Of a stretch of 64,000 nt of DNA, positions 60,011 through 64,000 are shown piece after piece. Source of the stretch: an uncultured Thermoleophilia bacterium (GTDB lineage: Bacteria > Actinomycetota > Thermoleophilia > UBA2241); the NCBI GenBank assembly GCA_963715985.1, contig CAVQSP010000014.1, positions 544,001 through 608,000 of the forward strand, given 5' to 3'. A model generated the notes under the pieces. The model did no database searches. It was not told the DNA's origin and was given only the letters and a program-made list of their open reading frames with translations. Every line of letters begins with the position of its first letter. Positions within the stretch are counted from its first letter, which is position 1. The translations under genes were made by a program, and so were the position numbers.

Positions 60011-60733
60011 GTGGCAGACGTCTCGGTAGAATGCGTAAGCGTGGTCTTCGAGGGACTTGTCGCGGTCCGTGATGTCGATCTGGTCCTGGAGAAAGGCGAG
60101 ATCGTCGGGCTCATCGGCCCCAACGGCGCCGGCAAGACAACGCTGGTCAACGTGATGAGCGGCTTCCAGCGGCCCACGAGTGGAAGCGTCCACGTGTCTG
60201 GTGAGCGCATCGCAGAGTGGGTCCCGGAACGCTTCGTCAAGATGGGGGTCGCACGTACGTTTCAGGGCGGCAGGCCGTTCAAGGGCCTCACGGTCAGAGA
60301 GAACGTGGAACTCGGTGCGGTCGGTGCCGGCGCCCGTGCCCGGGCTGCCCGCGCGCTCGCCCGCGAGCTCATGGAGGTGCTCGACCTCGCGGATCACGCC
60401 AACGAGCTCTCCGGAGCGCTGCCCTTCGGCGAGGACCGGCGGCTCGGCATCGCACGCGCCTTGGCGACCTCCCCGGAGTTCCTCCTGCTGGACGAGCCGG
60501 CCGCCGGCATGAACGACGGCGAGACCGACACCTTGGTCAAGACACTGCGCGGGCTCCAGGCGTCGCACGGGTGCGGGATGCTCGTGATCGAGCACGACAT
60601 GCGCCTCATCCGCGAACTGCCTGAGCGCATCTACGTGCTCGACCAGGGTGCGGTACTGGCCAAAGGCCCTGTAAGAGAGGTCATGGAGGACCCGGCGGTG
60701 GTGGCCGCATACCTCGGCGAAGAGAAGCTGTGA
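60011..60733 (+). CDS. ABC ATPase, LivG-like
   Basis: GPNGAGKTT, ARTFQ, LLLDEPAAG, IEHD, AYLG. Confidence 0.92.
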   Translation: MADVSVECVSVVFEGLVAVRDVDLVLEKGEIVGLIGPNGAGKTTLVNVMSGFQRPTSGSVHVSGERIAEWVPERFVKMGVARTFQGGRPFKGLTVRENVELGAVGAGARARAARALARELMEVLDLADHANELSGALPFGEDRRLGIARALATSPEFLLLDEPAAGMNDGETDTLVKTLRGLQASHGCGMLVIEHDMRLIRELPERIYVLDQGAVLAKGPVREVMEDPAVVAAYLGEEKL

Positions 60734-61463
60734 CCCCGCCCATGATCGAAGTCAGGAATCTCCGCGTCCTCTACGGGCGCACGCCCGCGCTGCAGGATGT
60801 CTCGATCAGCGTGCGCGCCGGCGAAGTGGTCGGCATCGTGGGCACCAACGGTGCCGGCAAGTCGACGCTCCTCCTCAGCATCCTCGGCGTCGTCAAGCCG
60901 GCTCACGGCGAGATCCTCCTCGACGGCACTGCCCTGACGAACGTCGCCCCCGAGGACATCGTCCGCAGGGGGGTGGCGCTGGTCCCGGAGCGCCGGCACA
61001 TCTTCCACGGGATGACGGTCGAGGAGAACCTGAGGCTGGGCGGCATCTTCAGAAAGGACAAGCAAGGGCAGCAAGCCTCGATGGCGTACGTCCTCGAGCT
61101 CTTCCCCAGACTCCGGCAGTACCTCCCGAACCGTGCCGGCGCGCTTTCTGGTGGAGAGCAGCAGATGCTGGCGCTGGGGCGTGCGCTGATGGCGGACCCG
61201 CGTCTCCTGCTGCTCGACGAACCCTCCCTCGGACTGGGCCCGCTCATCATCGACCGGCTCTTCGACGACCTGCTCCGCCTGCGCGACGGCGGACTGACGA
61301 TCCTCCTCGTGGAGCAGAGCGTGGACCGACTCCTGGCCGCCTCGGACCGCGCCTACGTGCTGCGCTCCGGCACGGTCGCCCTCAAGGTGACGCCGGCACC
61401 CTGTCCCGGGCGGATGTACAGGCCGCCTACTTCGGGCTCGAGGGAGCGGAGGCGGGATCATGA
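60730..61463 (+). CDS. ABC ATPase, LivF-like; frameshift near 61385
   Basis: GTNGAGKST, VPE.R, LSGGEQQMLA, DEPSLGL; corrected end ...VQAAYFGLEGAEAGS*. Confidence 0.9.
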
Positions 61464-62344
61464 CGACAGTGCTTCAGTACCTCGTGGACGCCGTCACCCT
61501 GGGGTGCCTGTTTGCCCTCGCCGCCCTCGGCGTGGGAATCGTGTTCGGGGTCATGCGACTGGCCAACTTCGCCTCCGGCGAGCTCATCATGATCGGCTGC
61601 TACGCGATGTATGCCTTCACCTTCCTGCCCTGGCCGATCGCGTGGTCGCTCGCCATCGGCCTCGTCGCGGTCGTGGCGGTACTCACCGAACGCGTGGCCT
61701 TTCGACCTTTGCGCTGGGCCGATCCGTCGACGCTCCTCATCGCGTCCTTCGCCGTTGCCATCTTCCTGCAGAACGTGATCGTCCTCATCTATCACTCGAG
61801 GGCCCGAGCGGTGTCCCTTCCCCCGTTCGTCAACAGATCCCTCTCCTTGTTCGGTCTCCAAGTGCAGGTCGTCAGTGTCATGACCATCGTCATGACAGTC
61901 GTCGTCCTCCTGGCGCTCGTTGTCTTCTTCAAGAGAACGGACCTCGGTCTGCAGATGCGTGCGGCGGCGGAGGACTTCCGCATGGCGCAGCTTGTGGGGA
62001 CACGCGCCAACCGGGTGGTCGCCTCGGCGTTCGCGATCAGTGGGGTCTTGGCCTGCCTGGTCTCGATACTGCTCACCAGCCGCACCTCCACGATCACGCC
62101 GACCATGGGGCTGACCCCCATCCTCTATGCGTTCGTCGCCGTGACCATCGGCGGCCTCGGCAGTCTGATGGGTTCAGCCGTCGGCGGCTTTGTCGTCGGG
62201 TTCATCACCGTCGCCATGCAGGCGGTGCTGCCGCCGAGCATGTCGCCGTACAGAGACGCCTTCACGTTCGCGGCCGTCATCGCCATCCTGATCTTCCGGC
62301 CCCAGGGGTTGGTGTCCACCGTCAAGATCGAAGAGCGCGTGTAG
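61460..62344 (+). CDS. ABC permease, LivH-like
   Basis: FGVMRLANFA.GE, G.QMRAAAE, IGGLGS, FRPQGL. Confidence 0.92.
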   Translation: MTTVLQYLVDAVTLGCLFALAALGVGIVFGVMRLANFASGELIMIGCYAMYAFTFLPWPIAWSLAIGLVAVVAVLTERVAFRPLRWADPSTLLIASFAVAIFLQNVIVLIYHSRARAVSLPPFVNRSLSLFGLQVQVVSVMTIVMTVVVLLALVVFFKRTDLGLQMRAAAEDFRMAQLVGTRANRVVASAFAISGVLACLVSILLTSRTSTITPTMGLTPILYAFVAVTIGGLGSLMGSAVGGFVVGFITVAMQAVLPPSMSPYRDAFTFAAVIAILIFRPQGLVSTVKIEERV

Positions 62345-63429
62345 TGCCAGGCCTGGCCGGCAGACTCAAGAGCGAGGAGTTCTGGAAGGCCGTGTCGCCG
62401 GTGGTCGGCCTGGTCGCGCCGCTCTGCGCGGTGGTCCTGCTGGCGACTGCGTTCGCGAGCCACGGTATCCAGCGCGTCATGATCATCACGATGCTGAACA
62501 TCATCCTCACCGTGGGCTTCTACGTCTTTGCGGGGAATTCCGGCATCCTGTCCTTCGGACACATCGGTTTCGCCGCCATCGGGGGGTACGTCGTCGGTCT
62601 GCTAACCGTGCCGGTCCTGATGAAGGCGGTGCTGCTGCCGAACCTTCCTCACACGATCGCCTCCATGGCCATGGCAACCATCCCTGCCATGATCATCGGC
62701 TTGCTCTGCGTGGCCGCGTTCGCGGCCGTCGTCGGCTACCCGATCGTTCGCCTGAAGGGCGTCGCGCCGAGCATCGCCCTCCTGGCCATGCTGGAAGTGA
62801 TCCATCAGGTCATCGCAAACTGGAAGTCGGTGACGGGGGGCGACAGTGCGTTCGTGGGCATGCCGATCGACAGCACGCTGTTCACGGTCCTCTGGTGGAC
62901 GGTGGCCGTGATCGTGGTTGCCTACCTGTATCAGGTCAGCCGCAGCGGTAGGCGGCTGCGCGCGGCGCGCGAGGACTACGAGGCCGCCCGGTCCGTAGGC
63001 GTGCACGTCACGCTTGAACGGTACAAAGCCCTCATCCTGAGCGCCGCCATCATGGCCGTCGGCGGCGGGCTCTACGGCCACTACCTCGGGAGCCTCAGCC
63101 CGAAGGTCCTGTACCTGGGCCTCGGCTTCCTGGGGATCGAGATGGCGATCGTGGGGGGGCTCCACAGCCTCTCCGGCGCCGTCACCGGGGCGACCGCGAT
63201 GTCCCTCGTCAGCGAGCTCCTCCGACGAGGCGGTGACGCTGCGTTTCCGGGCGGCCTTCCCGGACTGCAGGAGGTCATCCTGGCCGTCCTGCTGCTCATC
63301 GTCCTCGTGCGGCTTCCGGCAGGCATCACCGGCGGGCGAGAGGCGAATCTATGGGTGTTCACGCGGCTCTGGCGACGACGACGCCGGAGGTCGATGCCAG
63401 CCGGCCAAGCCGAAGAGGCCGATGCCTGA
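62344..63429 (+). CDS. ABC permease, LivM-like
   Basis: GNSGILSFGH, RL.G, GRRLRAARED..AA.S.G, VGG..S..G. Confidence 0.9.
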   Translation: MPGLAGRLKSEEFWKAVSPVVGLVAPLCAVVLLATAFASHGIQRVMIITMLNIILTVGFYVFAGNSGILSFGHIGFAAIGGYVVGLLTVPVLMKAVLLPNLPHTIASMAMATIPAMIIGLLCVAAFAAVVGYPIVRLKGVAPSIALLAMLEVIHQVIANWKSVTGGDSAFVGMPIDSTLFTVLWWTVAVIVVAYLYQVSRSGRRLRAAREDYEAARSVGVHVTLERYKALILSAAIMAVGGGLYGHYLGSLSPKVLYLGLGFLGIEMAIVGGLHSLSGAVTGATAMSLVSELLRRGGDAAFPGGLPGLQEVILAVLLLIVLVRLPAGITGGREANLWVFTRLWRRRRRRSMPAGQAEEADA

Positions 63430-63590
63430 GGCGACGGCGTTCGGGTCGCCGAGGGTCGCCGCGCTCGCCGCGGGTACGTGACGGTGGTGTGGCGGTCCGA
63501 AGCCGGGGTTCTCGCCGGCGAGACGCCCGCATTCGCCGTCGCGAGACGCACGCCGCTGAGAAAGCCGGTGCAAGCCGAGGGATGGGAGTG

Positions 63591-64000
63591 ATGATGCGGT
63601 TCGCGATAGACACTGGAGGGACCTTCACCGATCTGGCGGTCGAGGACGAGACCGGCAGGCTGCATCAGTTCAAGTCGCCCACCACTCCAGACGATCCTGT
63701 CCGCGGGCTGCTCGACGTGCTCCAAACAGCAGCCGAGCACTTCGAAACGACCCGGGAGGAGCTACTGGGACGCGGCGAGATGCTCATCCACGGCACCACC
63801 CGCGCCATCAACGCGGTGGTCACCGGAACGGTGGCCCGGACGGCCTTCCTCACCACATGGGGACAGCCGGAGATCCTCGTTGACCGCGAGGGCGGCAAGA
63901 CCAAGCCGTTCGACGCGTTCCAGGAGTTCCCCGAGCCGTACGTGCCGCGCGCCCTCACTTTCGAGATCCCCGAACGGGTCGCCTACGACGGGCAGATCGT
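63591..64000 (+). CDS. Hydantoinase A/oxoprolinase (acetone/acetophenone carboxylase-related) family, 3'-truncated
   Basis: RFAIDTGGTFTD, KSPTTPDDP, IHGTT.AINA, TAFLTT.G. Confidence 0.88.
   Translation, partial: MMRFAIDTGGTFTDLAVEDETGRLHQFKSPTTPDDPVRGLLDVLQTAAEHFETTREELLGRGEMLIHGTTRAINAVVTGTVARTAFLTTWGQPEILVDREGGKTKPFDAFQEFPEPYVPRALTFEIPERVAYDGQI

Noticed and set aside
60730-63429. 899-aa LivF-LivM ORF (and the 1210-aa ORF 29877-33509)
   Set aside because: Chimeras of real and off-frame segments; the intact livH lies inside in another frame.

Overview
High-GC (about 70%) bacterial sequence, most likely an anaerobic Actinomycetota genome (Thermoleophilia-like, inferred from the SepF, DivIVA and FakAB style). 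It has dozens of single-base frameshifts that look like long-read consensus errors, because housekeeping genes are hit too. Three blocks. (1) 1-41 kb, accessory catabolic region: iorAB; four PhlG/phloretin-hydrolase-family C-C hydrolases; a bacterial chalcone-isomerase homologue; two EthD-type proteins; two AprB-like ferredoxin + AprA/SdhA-like flavoprotein pairs; a FAD-oxidase/CCG Fe-S/FAD-oxidase trio under a MerR-type promoter; two corrinoid protein + UroD-family methyltransferase pairs; a Liv-type ABC importer; three MerR-TetR fusion regulators. Together these suggest an undescribed anaerobic flavonoid/polyphenol degradation and O-demethylation system. (2) 41-55.5 kb, housekeeping: rpmB, yloU-fakA-fakB-recG, DHH/CBS tRNA nucleotidyltransferase, M50 protease, pgeF-yggS-sepF-proC-divIVA-yggU, an unlisted 54-aa Zn-ribbon ORF, lspA, rluD. 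(3) 55.7-64 kb: NDP-forming acyl-CoA synthetase alpha/beta, GntR, a second Liv ABC system and a hydantoinase/oxoprolinase start. No rRNA, tRNA or CRISPR seen. Family calls come from motif recognition and recalled reference sequences, not from database searches.
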